From Gemmatimonadota bacterium (lineage in GTDB: Bacteria > Gemmatimonadota > Gemmatimonadetes > Gemmatimonadales > GWC2-71-9), in contig JBDHKN010000115.1 in the NCBI GenBank assembly GCA_039586365.1, forward strand, positions 1-20,557: a stretch of DNA of 20,557 bases, in the 5' to 3' direction. Below, piece after piece: positions 7,072 through 14,597 of the stretch (positions are counted from its first letter, which is position 1; every line of letters starts with the position of its first letter). The position numbers were made by a program, and so were the translations under genes. The notes under the pieces were generated by a model, which was not told where the DNA came from, made no database searches, and worked only from the letters and a program-made list of their open reading frames with translations.

Positions 7072-7320
7072 ATGACTGTAACCGAACTCCCAAGACAAAT
7101 CAGGCGGGACCCGGAAACTGGAGGCGATCGGTTCTGTCGGCGCTATCAGGTACAGCGGCCAGGGCGGCCTGCGCATCTGGTAATCGTAGAGGTCTCGCCA
7201 CTGTCGGATACGCCGCAGGCCGAGACGTGCACCTGTCGCGGCTATAAATACCGGCGCGACTGCGCGCATATCGCCGCCGTAATGGAGACGAGAATGATGA
7301 AAAAGAAACGGAATGCCTAA
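7072..7320 (+). CDS. SWIM zinc-finger protein
   Basis: CTC-x8-CAH (CxC...CxH) motif; good RBS. Confidence 0.8.
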   Translation: MTVTELPRQIRRDPETGGDRFCRRYQVQRPGRPAHLVIVEVSPLSDTPQAETCTCRGYKYRRDCAHIAAVMETRMMKKKRNA

Positions 7321-7375
7321 CCCGAAACGGCCTCCGGGCCGTCTGTCCCGTGTGGCGACGGGGCACTGACGAGGG
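7321..7375 (+). ncRNA. Hammerhead ribozyme, type II
   Basis: ccc-GAAA-cggcc(tccg)ggccg-UC-tgtcccgt(gtggcg)acggggca-CUGACGA-ggg: complete conserved core, three stems, GUC cleavage triplet ending at 7343. Confidence 0.92.
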
Positions 7376-7395
7376 AGCCGAGGGAGAATAGAACG

Positions 7396-7605
7396 ATGGC
7401 AACTGATACTTGTCCACAGTGCGGCGCCCAGATAGAGGGTGACGAATGCAATAGCCCGACGTGCCGTCTTATACGTGAAGGCATCGGTATCGCCAACGAC
7501 TTGGAACGGTTCGAACGGGATGGCATCGATGGCCTGTTGGACGATATCGATAGCCTGTTGGACGATGGCAGTTTCGGAGATCAATATGCCCCGACCAACT
7601 CTTGA
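7396..7605 (+). CDS. Small acidic zinc-binding protein (69 aa)
   Basis: CPQC and CNSPTC; GAGGGAG RBS; 21-bp internal tandem repeat at 7525-7566 (IDGLLDD/IDSLLDD). Confidence 0.7.
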   Translation: MATDTCPQCGAQIEGDECNSPTCRLIREGIGIANDLERFERDGIDGLLDDIDSLLDDGSFGDQYAPTNS

Positions 7606-7759
7606 TGACCGACAACGACGGAGCAAACGCCTGCAAGTACGACTGTCGCCCGCTGAAGCTGAGGCGCTCGACCAAGTACGCGGCAAACGAACCGCCTCTG
7701 AGTTCGTGCGCGAAACGCTGCTTGTTTTGCTGCGTCCGTGGATGAGACGACGGCCATGA
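7586..7759 (+). CDS. Ribbon-helix-helix (MobC/CopG-like) DNA-binding protein
   Basis: RLQVRLSPAEAEALDQ...TASEFVRE pattern; GGAG RBS before ATG 7586. Confidence 0.8.
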   Translation: MPRPTLDDRQRRSKRLQVRLSPAEAEALDQVRGKRTASEFVRETLLVLLRPWMRRRP

Positions 7760-7848
7760 GTCAGAACGCTCGAGCCTGGCTCGTTTCCAGCCTGCTGTTC
7801 ATCGTGGCCTGCATGCTTGCATGGTCCCTGGTTCTCACCAGACGGTGA
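7756..7848 (+). CDS. 30-aa single-TM peptide (not in ORF track)
   Basis: MSQNARAWLVSSLLFIVACMLAWSLVLTRR; ATGA-coupled to the RHH gene; ends 3 nt before the integrase start. Confidence 0.55.
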   Translation: MSQNARAWLVSSLLFIVACMLAWSLVLTRR

Positions 7849-7851
7849 CGC

Positions 7852-8949
7852 ATGCCTCGCCGCTCGAAACCTTGCTACGACGCTTCCCGTAACCAGTGGA
7901 TTCTGCGCTACCAGAACACACGCCACTATCTGTGCTCGGGCGCCACGCCGGAGGCTGAACGGCTCGCCTGGACCAAGGCTCGGCAGATCATGGACGAGCC
8001 GACCGTCGGCCGGCCGCCGCGAACGGTTGCCGCTGCCGTCGCCGCTTGGTTGGAGGCTAACGGTACAAGTTGGCATCGAGCGATGCTGGCGCCTTTCTCT
8101 GATTGGGCTGAGGGTGTTACGCTGACCGAGATACATCCCGAATTTCTGGGCGAGTTCCTGAAGTTTCTTCAGCAGACCATCTATAGCTTCTCCACCATGC
8201 GACGACAGCTCCGCTGTGCACACGCCGTGCTGCAATGGTCGCATGTCCGCGGCTACCTGCCGAATCCGGTCCCGCCATTGCCGAAACTCCCGGCGCTCCC
8301 GCATTACTCCCGCGCGGTTGAACCAACCGTGATGCGCCGCGTTTTCGCTGAACTTCGATATCCATCGAAGCACATCTTGACATTCATGGCGGCGACGTGG
8401 TGTCGTCCCGGTGAAGTGTGCGGCTTGAAGTTCACGGAGATTCGCGAGAATCGCTGTATTCTCCGACGTGGCAAAACTTGGAAAGCGACTCAACGCGAAC
8501 GTTGCTTTTTTTTGAATGCCGAAGCTCGACAAGTAATCGCCGCTCAACCGTGGCGCAAGGGTTACGTGTTCCGAAGTCGCCTCGGCAAACCGTATACTGT
8601 GAGCGGACTCGGCGATATCTTCGGCCGCGCCGCTCAACGAGCCGGTGTGCAAATGACGCAATACCAAATCCGGCATACCGGCGCGCAAGATGCGATCAAC
8701 CGTGGCGTTCCCGTCGATGTCGTCGCAATCCAGCTCGGGCATGCGCCGGCTTCGGCCGCGACGCGCGACTACGTCAGTTTTTCGCAAGCACGTACGCATG
8801 ATTTACTCGAATCCCATGTCTCGCCATTAGTTCCCGGTCTTCACGAATCAGCGTTTCCCGCGAAGGACGCTTCGGACTCGCCTTCCCGCAAAACCGCTCG
8901 ACGCTCTCGGCGTAAAAGCGCCAAGGACCGGTCCCGCCGAGCCGGATAG
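7852..8949 (+). CDS. int: Tyrosine recombinase / phage integrase
   Basis: CRPGE, GKT, YQIRH (HxxR variant), LGH and RDY catalytic motifs; N-terminal arm-binding-like segment WILRY. Confidence 0.93.
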   Translation: MPRRSKPCYDASRNQWILRYQNTRHYLCSGATPEAERLAWTKARQIMDEPTVGRPPRTVAAAVAAWLEANGTSWHRAMLAPFSDWAEGVTLTEIHPEFLGEFLKFLQQTIYSFSTMRRQLRCAHAVLQWSHVRGYLPNPVPPLPKLPALPHYSRAVEPTVMRRVFAELRYPSKHILTFMAATWCRPGEVCGLKFTEIRENRCILRRGKTWKATQRERCFFLNAEARQVIAAQPWRKGYVFRSRLGKPYTVSGLGDIFGRAAQRAGVQMTQYQIRHTGAQDAINRGVPVDVVAIQLGHAPASAATRDYVSFSQARTHDLLESHVSPLVPGLHESAFPAKDASDSPSRKTARRSRRKSAKDRSRRAG

Positions 8950-9003
8950 CGTGAAGCTGTCCTTAGCTGTCAGAAGCGGCAGTGACAACTTAGCGCAGAT
9001 CAT

Positions 9004-9705
9004 TTATGTGCCCGTATGGTCCTCGTCGATTTCTACTGCCTCAATACCAGGAGGCGGAGGAGGCGGCGCCAGTACTTTTTCTATCTTGCTTAGGCATTCC
9101 TCAACCGTTCGACCCTTGTGATGCCCGACAACGGCGTGGTACATCGTCAGACGTATTTGACATTCAGAGCCGGGATGTGAGTTCACGTCAATGGAGAAGT
9201 TGGTATGCACATCCGGCCAATGCTCCTTCAGAAGCGCGCCTACCTTTTTCAGATTTATGCATGTTCCTTCGCGGACCCCCTCTTCTCGCGTCTTTTTCAC
9301 CATCGCCCATTCGCGCGGCGTCAAACGGCAAAGACACTCTATGCGGCCGCGGTCATTCACCCTCGCGCCATCGATATCGGCGCGACACCAAGTCACACCA
9401 GTGAAGTTCGCACGGCTGAGGTTCGCATCGCTGAGATTCGCAGAATGAAGGTCTGCATCGTTGAGGGCCGCACCGATGAGGTCGGCACCGCGGAGGTCGG
9501 CGCTCGTAAGATCGGCACCAGCGAGGTCGGCGCCAGCGAAGTCGGCGCCGGTGAGGTCGGCGCTGCTGAAGTTGGCGCAGACAAGCTCAGCATCAACGAA
9601 GTTCGCATAGCGGAGGTTGGCGCCGGCGAGATCGGCGCCGTTGAGCGTTGCGGCATCAATCTGCAGGAGCACTGCACCAGTATGTCGATGTTTGATCTCA
9701 ATCAT
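9004..9705 (-). CDS. Pentapeptide repeat protein with an extra C-terminal domain (start could be 9726)
   Basis: A[DN][LF]xx repeats after MIEIKHR; convergent with int. Confidence 0.88.
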   Translation of the reverse strand: MIEIKHRHTGAVLLQIDAATLNGADLAGANLRYANFVDAELVCANFSSADLTGADFAGADLAGADLTSADLRGADLIGAALNDADLHSANLSDANLSRANFTGVTWCRADIDGARVNDRGRIECLCRLTPREWAMVKKTREEGVREGTCINLKKVGALLKEHWPDVHTNFSIDVNSHPGSECQIRLTMYHAVVGHHKGRTVEECLSKIEKVLAPPPPPPGIEAVEIDEDHTGT

Positions 9706-9707
9706 AT

Positions 9708-10085
9708 TCAGGGCTTCTTGAGCCATTCGGTTTTCCAACCCTCCGCTTCACGCTTGCGAATCGCCAAGGGACACGGGCCGTATTTCTTCCAGAGACGACG
9801 AACAGTCCTGAATGCCGGCGTCTCAAAGCCCTTGATTTCTTCGCAGTGGTGTTCGCCGTGGCCGATCACTAGAAAGTCCACTCGTGTTGCAAAGTCCGGT
9901 CCGAGTCTGATTCCGACCTGCCGTACCCACATTTGTATGCCGTAGCCATAGCCTTGGACGCCCCGACGAAGCAGTAGATCCAATTCTTCCGCGCGCGTGG
10001 CCTCGGCTTTCGAGTCGTACCGTACCCCGTCGTACTCGGTGGCCTGCGCGTGGTATTTGTGTTCACGTCTGCCGAGGCGCATCAT
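9708..10085 (-). CDS. DUF1064-like phage PD-(D/E)XK endonuclease
   Basis: KYHA-x4-DGVRYDSKAEA, VDF and EEIKG motifs; ATGA coupling. Confidence 0.85.
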   Translation of the reverse strand: MMRLGRREHKYHAQATEYDGVRYDSKAEATRAEELDLLLRRGVQGYGYGIQMWVRQVGIRLGPDFATRVDFLVIGHGEHHCEEIKGFETPAFRTVRRLWKKYGPCPLAIRKREAEGWKTEWLKKP

Positions 10086-10387
10086 GCTCTGTCTTCTCCA
10101 TCGTTTCGCGGGCGAGACGGTCCAACTGCTGATAATGCACACACTGACCGCAGAGGCAAAAGGCCGAATTGCCCTTTCTCCTTTCTATGCCGCTTGCGCC
10201 GATAGCGCACGCAGCATTTCTGCACTATCGCCAGCAGCGTCGGCACGTCTTGCTGGCTTGTGTTTAACCGACTATATAGCTCAACTGGAACCATATAACC
10301 CATGACTGGTTCGGCAATAGCTTCAGCTTTCTTCAATTCGTGGAGCCGCTCTTCCACAGCCACCAGGTAGTCGTTAAGTACGCTCAC
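10082..10387 (-). CDS. Hypothetical phage protein
   Basis: 4-bp start/stop overlaps at both ends; GGAGG RBS. Confidence 0.7.
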   Translation of the reverse strand: MSVLNDYLVAVEERLHELKKAEAIAEPVMGYMVPVELYSRLNTSQQDVPTLLAIVQKCCVRYRRKRHRKEKGQFGLLPLRSVCALSAVGPSRPRNDGEDRA

Positions 10388-10620
10388 GGCAGACCTCCAT
10401 AAAACCTTGCCTTCATTCGGTCATCAGCAGCCGTGCGTCCGATCCTCTTCAGCACAACCTCAACCCATGCATTGAGGTCACGGAAGCTGGCTTCGCTGAT
10501 TCCCTTTGGCCAACTAAGCCTCGCTTCGCCCTCGTCAAGTGGGAAGGATGCAACCTGCGTGATAGCAGCCGCTGTCAATCTCGCGTTGTTTGGAAGTGGG
10601 TTGTCGGGAAGTACGCTCAC
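10384..10620 (-). CDS. Hypothetical protein flanked by 18-bp direct repeats
   Basis: GTGA overlaps; aagtacgctcacggcaga at 10376-10393 and 10609-10626. Confidence 0.7.
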   Translation of the reverse strand: MSVLPDNPLPNNARLTAAAITQVASFPLDEGEARLSWPKGISEASFRDLNAWVEVVLKRIGRTAADDRMKARFYGGLP

Positions 10621-11213
10621 GGCAGAATCTCCGTAAAGTCAGGACAGCCGGCTGCGCCCAATACTCGTTGATCGCCCTCGACGTAGACAAGCGTGCCTGC
10701 ACTCAGCCGCGACGCGACCCTGTCATCGTATGACCTGCCGAACTCCTCAAGCGAGAGGTTCGAGGTATACACCGTCGGCATGCCTTCGCGTCGATCCAGT
10801 GCGCCGATCAGAGCCTCGTAGGCATGGTCGCTGATCTCCCTACGCGCGCCGATGTCATCAAGCACGGCAAACTGCGCTCGCCGCCATTCGTCCCAGACTT
10901 CAACCTCGCTGAGCCTGAATCCTGATAACGACTGCAACTCGCCGCGTTTCGCCCAACGCAGCCGATCGCACCAATCGCGATAGCGGGAAAAAAACACGAG
11001 CGTCTTTGCAAACTTGGCGAGCAGCAAGGCTGCGCACGTCTTGCCAGCACCGGCCTCGCCCAACAACACCAACGGCCACCGGCCACTACGCCAAACGGCA
11101 TTGGCTGCATCACGAATCGGTTGCGGCACTCGCTCGCGCACTGGCGACAATCGCGCGAGGAGCGGCCGCCAAGACCACGGGGAATCTAGCCGTGACTCGT
11201 CAACGTCCGGCAT
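10617..11213 (-). CDS. DnaC/IstB-like helicase loader ATPase
   Basis: Walker A GEAGAGKT, Walker B VLDDIG, TSN and DRVASRL; directly follows the initiator; likely start ATG 11213. Confidence 0.9.
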   Translation of the reverse strand: MPDVDESRLDSPWSWRPLLARLSPVRERVPQPIRDAANAVWRSGRWPLVLLGEAGAGKTCAALLLAKFAKTLVFFSRYRDWCDRLRWAKRGELQSLSGFRLSEVEVWDEWRRAQFAVLDDIGARREISDHAYEALIGALDRREGMPTVYTSNLSLEEFGRSYDDRVASRLSAGTLVYVEGDQRVLGAAGCPDFTEILP

Positions 11214-11919
11214 ATTTGCCAGGACGAGCTGGGACCCGTCCGGCTGGCTGCGTTGGTTTCTCGAGCTCATCTTCCCAGCGTCCTTGATTGAACCACGTCG
11301 AGGGATGCGGCACGAACTTCCACTCGGGGGTCCCGCGCTTGTGTGCGACCGAGTCTGCATAGGCCCGTGTTCGTTCTAGCAACAGGTCAAATTCGACTTT
11401 CTTCAGCGCCTTCGCGATCGCATCAAACGCCTTCTGCTTGCCGACATGTTTCGGATAGGCGTCATAGATCGCCTGCACTTTGGGGGGGACTATAGGGGGG
11501 GATATCTTATATATACTCTTACTCTTCTCTGGTAACGCGCTTTGCGTTACGGTCTTCGCGCGGCATTTCCTGGCCCGGTTTAAAGCCAATGCCCGTTTTT
11601 TGGCTGTTACGCCGGTATGCTCGTTAAAATGGGGAAGTTTGATACCGGCGTCAGATATCACAAGCCACGGTGTCGGCACGGTTTTTTCCATTTTTTTTGC
11701 GAAACCATTTAGGCCAGCGCACTCATCTATCGTTTTGATGCTAACGCCTTTTGCGTTACCGTTTACGGTGTGGTCATCGAACCACCTCCAAACCTTGAAA
11801 CACCTTCCGAAAGCCTCTTCCGTGGTGATTCCGAGCGCCTCGGCAATCTGCGCAATGTGCGGCTTGTCCGGCGTTCGCTTCTCGATTTTGAGCCAGGAAA
11901 AGGCCACATCAAATCTCAC
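11200..11919 (-). CDS. Phage replication initiator / replisome organiser
   Basis: N-terminal WLK...KP...VWRWFD; C-terminal YPKHVGK...HPSTWFNQGRWEDE; upstream of the DnaC-like gene. Confidence 0.85.
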   Translation of the reverse strand: MRFDVAFSWLKIEKRTPDKPHIAQIAEALGITTEEAFGRCFKVWRWFDDHTVNGNAKGVSIKTIDECAGLNGFAKKMEKTVPTPWLVISDAGIKLPHFNEHTGVTAKKRALALNRARKCRAKTVTQSALPEKSKSIYKISPPIVPPKVQAIYDAYPKHVGKQKAFDAIAKALKKVEFDLLLERTRAYADSVAHKRGTPEWKFVPHPSTWFNQGRWEDELEKPTQPAGRVPARPGKYAGR

Positions 11920-12161
11920 CTATCGTCTAACACTAACTTGCCGGCTTCCATCACCGCAGCTTGAATCGCTTCATCATGCCGGTCGATGGCTGCACGAGTC
12001 CTCTCGCTGCTCTCGGCGCGCCAACATCGATGCACGGCCATGTACATCCGGTGTATGCGCTCCTTCGATTCTGGCGAAACGCGCTCCCAGTGCTTCAGGC
12101 ACATTCGCGAGCCCTCGAGTCGCAGTTTGCGGCAACCGGGTACTAGGCAGGGTTGGGTCAT
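11916..12161 (-). CDS. Small phage protein with C-x4-C...C-x2-H motif
   Basis: CLVPGC...MCLKHW; AAAGGA RBS; coupled at both ends. Confidence 0.75.
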   Translation of the reverse strand: MTQPCLVPGCRKLRLEGSRMCLKHWERVSPESKERIHRMYMAVHRCWRAESSERTRAAIDRHDEAIQAAVMEAGKLVLDDR

Positions 12162-12964
12162 GGTTGTCCTTTCGCTTCTAAGGATCTATCGCCTCGCGCC
12201 GAATTGTGCGCGCCGCACACCACCTCCATGAACTCCGTCGTCGCCTGGACACGCAGCCTCGACAGTTCGACGAACGTCTCTTGTGTTTCGATACCAATGT
12301 AGTTGCGTCCTAACTCGATAGCCGCCACGCCCGTCGTCGCGCTGCCGGAGAACGGGTCAACGACCAAATCGCCGGGGTCTGATGCGCAGCCCACAATCGG
12401 CCGGAGAAGCGCCAATGGGAGTTGCGTCGGAAATCCCTCTACTCGCTCTTTGGCGTTGCCGACGAGTCGCGGGATCTGCCAGACGTTGTCCCAAATCTTG
12501 CCGGTGGGAATAGCACGCTTGTCGTTGTACTTCGTCTGTCGGTCAGACGGCCTATTCACGGCATCGCCATTGAACACGAAATGCTTCGTATCCTTAACGC
12601 AGTAGAAAATGTGGCGTGAACATCGGTTGAAGTTGTTCTGGCAGTTCACGCCAAACGTCTCATACCATTTGATCCAGTTGCGTCGATGGAACCCGATACG
12701 TCGGAGTATGATGCCGAAGTGGTCAGCCCATTCGTCGCAGATCATCACCCAGAGGCTGCCGTCAGCGGTCAATGCAGTATGGCACGCTTCTACCCAGTCT
12801 CTACACCACGCGAGATAGTCGTCATCATCGCGTCGGTCCGCCTTCTTCCCGTCGCCGTAGTCGATGCCGATATTGTAGGGCGGATCGGCGAAGATCAGGC
12901 GCGGCGCTTTCTGAAGGTTCATCAGTTCGTCGATACAATCACCGTAGATGATTTGCGCCGTCAT
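12158..12964 (-). CDS. N6/N4 DNA methyltransferase (beta class)
   Basis: IIYGDC, DPPY, and later DPFSGSATTG. Confidence 0.95.
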   Translation of the reverse strand: MTAQIIYGDCIDELMNLQKAPRLIFADPPYNIGIDYGDGKKADRRDDDDYLAWCRDWVEACHTALTADGSLWVMICDEWADHFGIILRRIGFHRRNWIKWYETFGVNCQNNFNRCSRHIFYCVKDTKHFVFNGDAVNRPSDRQTKYNDKRAIPTGKIWDNVWQIPRLVGNAKERVEGFPTQLPLALLRPIVGCASDPGDLVVDPFSGSATTGVAAIELGRNYIGIETQETFVELSRLRVQATTEFMEVVCGAHNSARGDRSLEAKGQP

Positions 12965-13041
12965 ACGTTGGCCCATTCCAAGAACTCTGTGCGTTCGTCT
13001 TCAGTCGCCTTTCCCCATGCCCGCCGTCGCCTAGTCATACG

Positions 13042-13566
13042 TCATGCTTCCATTGCCCATGCCATATTCATCTGATGGTCTGTACGCACCACCCCTTCCT
13101 CGAATACTCCAAGGCAAGGTGTACTGACAGCGATAATCTTACACGGCACCAGAAGATTCATTGTTTCATATCCGTCATTCGGGGAGGGTCGGATAGGATA
13201 TTTCAGCAGCCAAGCCGGAACCCACATCCTAAGCAGAGTAACAGATAACAAGTAGTACTTCTTGTGCTCTGGAAGCACGACGGAAATCACGTCCGCTCCA
13301 CATAGAATCGCCCACCCTGCCTTGCCAGATGTTGTTACAGAGACCACCTCAATTGCCAGATTCCCGCTGCTCTGTGCTCTTCGGTCCAGTTTATACTGAA
13401 CATTCCATTCATAAGGACAGTGACGCGCACGGAAGCGACGGTCAATGCCCTTTTTGTCGGTCGGCAAATCAACGGGATCAATATGAAACCATTTCCGGTA
13501 AAAGGCATCTTGCTGTTCTTCGCCTTTGTCGCCCTCGCGCTTGCTGTCTGCGAACTTATGGACCAT
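13042..13566 (-). CDS. PD-(D/E)XK restriction-endonuclease-like protein
   Basis: GEE...GID...VQYKLD...GNLAIE...GW pattern. Confidence 0.7.
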   Translation of the reverse strand: MVHKFADSKREGDKGEEQQDAFYRKWFHIDPVDLPTDKKGIDRRFRARHCPYEWNVQYKLDRRAQSSGNLAIEVVSVTTSGKAGWAILCGADVISVVLPEHKKYYLLSVTLLRMWVPAWLLKYPIRPSPNDGYETMNLLVPCKIIAVSTPCLGVFEEGVVRTDHQMNMAWAMEA

Positions 13567-14587
13567 CTGGCACATCCAATGTCAACAAGTCTCTCCTCAC
13601 ATCATTCCCCCATACCGTCCATCCTTTGACGGCTTCACGACCGAACAATTCAAGGCGTGGTTGCAGGCTGACTTTCTCGATGATCTTGCGTATGGCATCT
13701 GGCTTGCGACTGTGCTTGCCTCGCTTGAACTTGCCCCAGCTCATTTGCCCATGTTCTTCAAACGTCAACTTGCCACGCACGCCGAGCAAGAGAAACTCAT
13801 GAGAGACTCGCCAGTAGTTGCCTATACCCATTTGCGGCTTCACCCACACGAAGCACGATTTGTATTCAAACCCCCAGGCATCGATGATGCGCTTCGCATC
13901 GAAGAGGAACGCATTCGTGGTCCATAGGTGCAAGTGTGCATTGTCCATGCCCAGGGCTTCAATCGGCATGTTCTCTGGCTCGCAAAGCCAATCGACAGTA
14001 ACCGTCTCGTAATGATTGCCTGTGGCTGCACGGGTTCCCTGATTGTCGTAGGCCCACGGCGGGTCCGCGTAGACTGTCGCGTATCGCTTGCCCGCTGCAA
14101 CAAGCGCATGCAAGTCTTCGACGGTACAAGTCTCGCCCTTGTTGGTGCGCTTACGCTTCTTAGCTTTTGCCAATGGTCTCGCCAAGCGCAACACGCCGGC
14201 GGAGGTCAGTTCTCCGGTGGGCGATTCCTTGACTTCGATGATATGGGCCTCGAAGTCCTCATCGGGCAGCAGCAGCGCGATTTGCCAACGGGAAGACTGT
14301 TTCTTGCCGATGCCGAGCTCGGCCAACGTGGTGACATCGTGGCACCGCGTTCGCTTTTGCGCCGCTCCCTTGCTTTTGTCCATCCCCTGCAGCAGTTCCC
14401 CCGCCCGGCGCTCGGCACGCAGCTTTACCTCTGCCACATCGTTTTGTACCTCTCGCGTTTCGCCGGCCTTCTTGCAGTAAAGGCGTAATGCCTCAGCCCT
14501 GTCATGCAGGGATTTCACGTCCGGCAAACTCGTCACTTGTGCGAGCTCCGCCTGTAGACGGTTCTTGATAGCAAGAGCGTTGTTCAT
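13556..14587 (-). CDS. MT-A70 family adenine methyltransferase with a phage N-terminal helical domain
   Basis: YADPPW, HLWTTN, WGFEY, HSRKP and LELFGR. Confidence 0.95.
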   Translation of the reverse strand: MNNALAIKNRLQAELAQVTSLPDVKSLHDRAEALRLYCKKAGETREVQNDVAEVKLRAERRAGELLQGMDKSKGAAQKRTRCHDVTTLAELGIGKKQSSRWQIALLLPDEDFEAHIIEVKESPTGELTSAGVLRLARPLAKAKKRKRTNKGETCTVEDLHALVAAGKRYATVYADPPWAYDNQGTRAATGNHYETVTVDWLCEPENMPIEALGMDNAHLHLWTTNAFLFDAKRIIDAWGFEYKSCFVWVKPQMGIGNYWRVSHEFLLLGVRGKLTFEEHGQMSWGKFKRGKHSRKPDAIRKIIEKVSLQPRLELFGREAVKGWTVWGNDVRRDLLTLDVPDGP

Positions 14588-14597
14588 CCTGTTTTGC

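Noticed and set aside
6574..8799. 741-aa minus-strand ORF
   Set aside because: It is antisense to the integrase and to five or six well-signalled plus-strand genes, has no recognisable motifs, and fits a shadow ORF in GC-rich DNA.
9205..9945. 246-aa plus-strand ORF
   Set aside because: Antisense shadow of the pentapeptide repeat gene.
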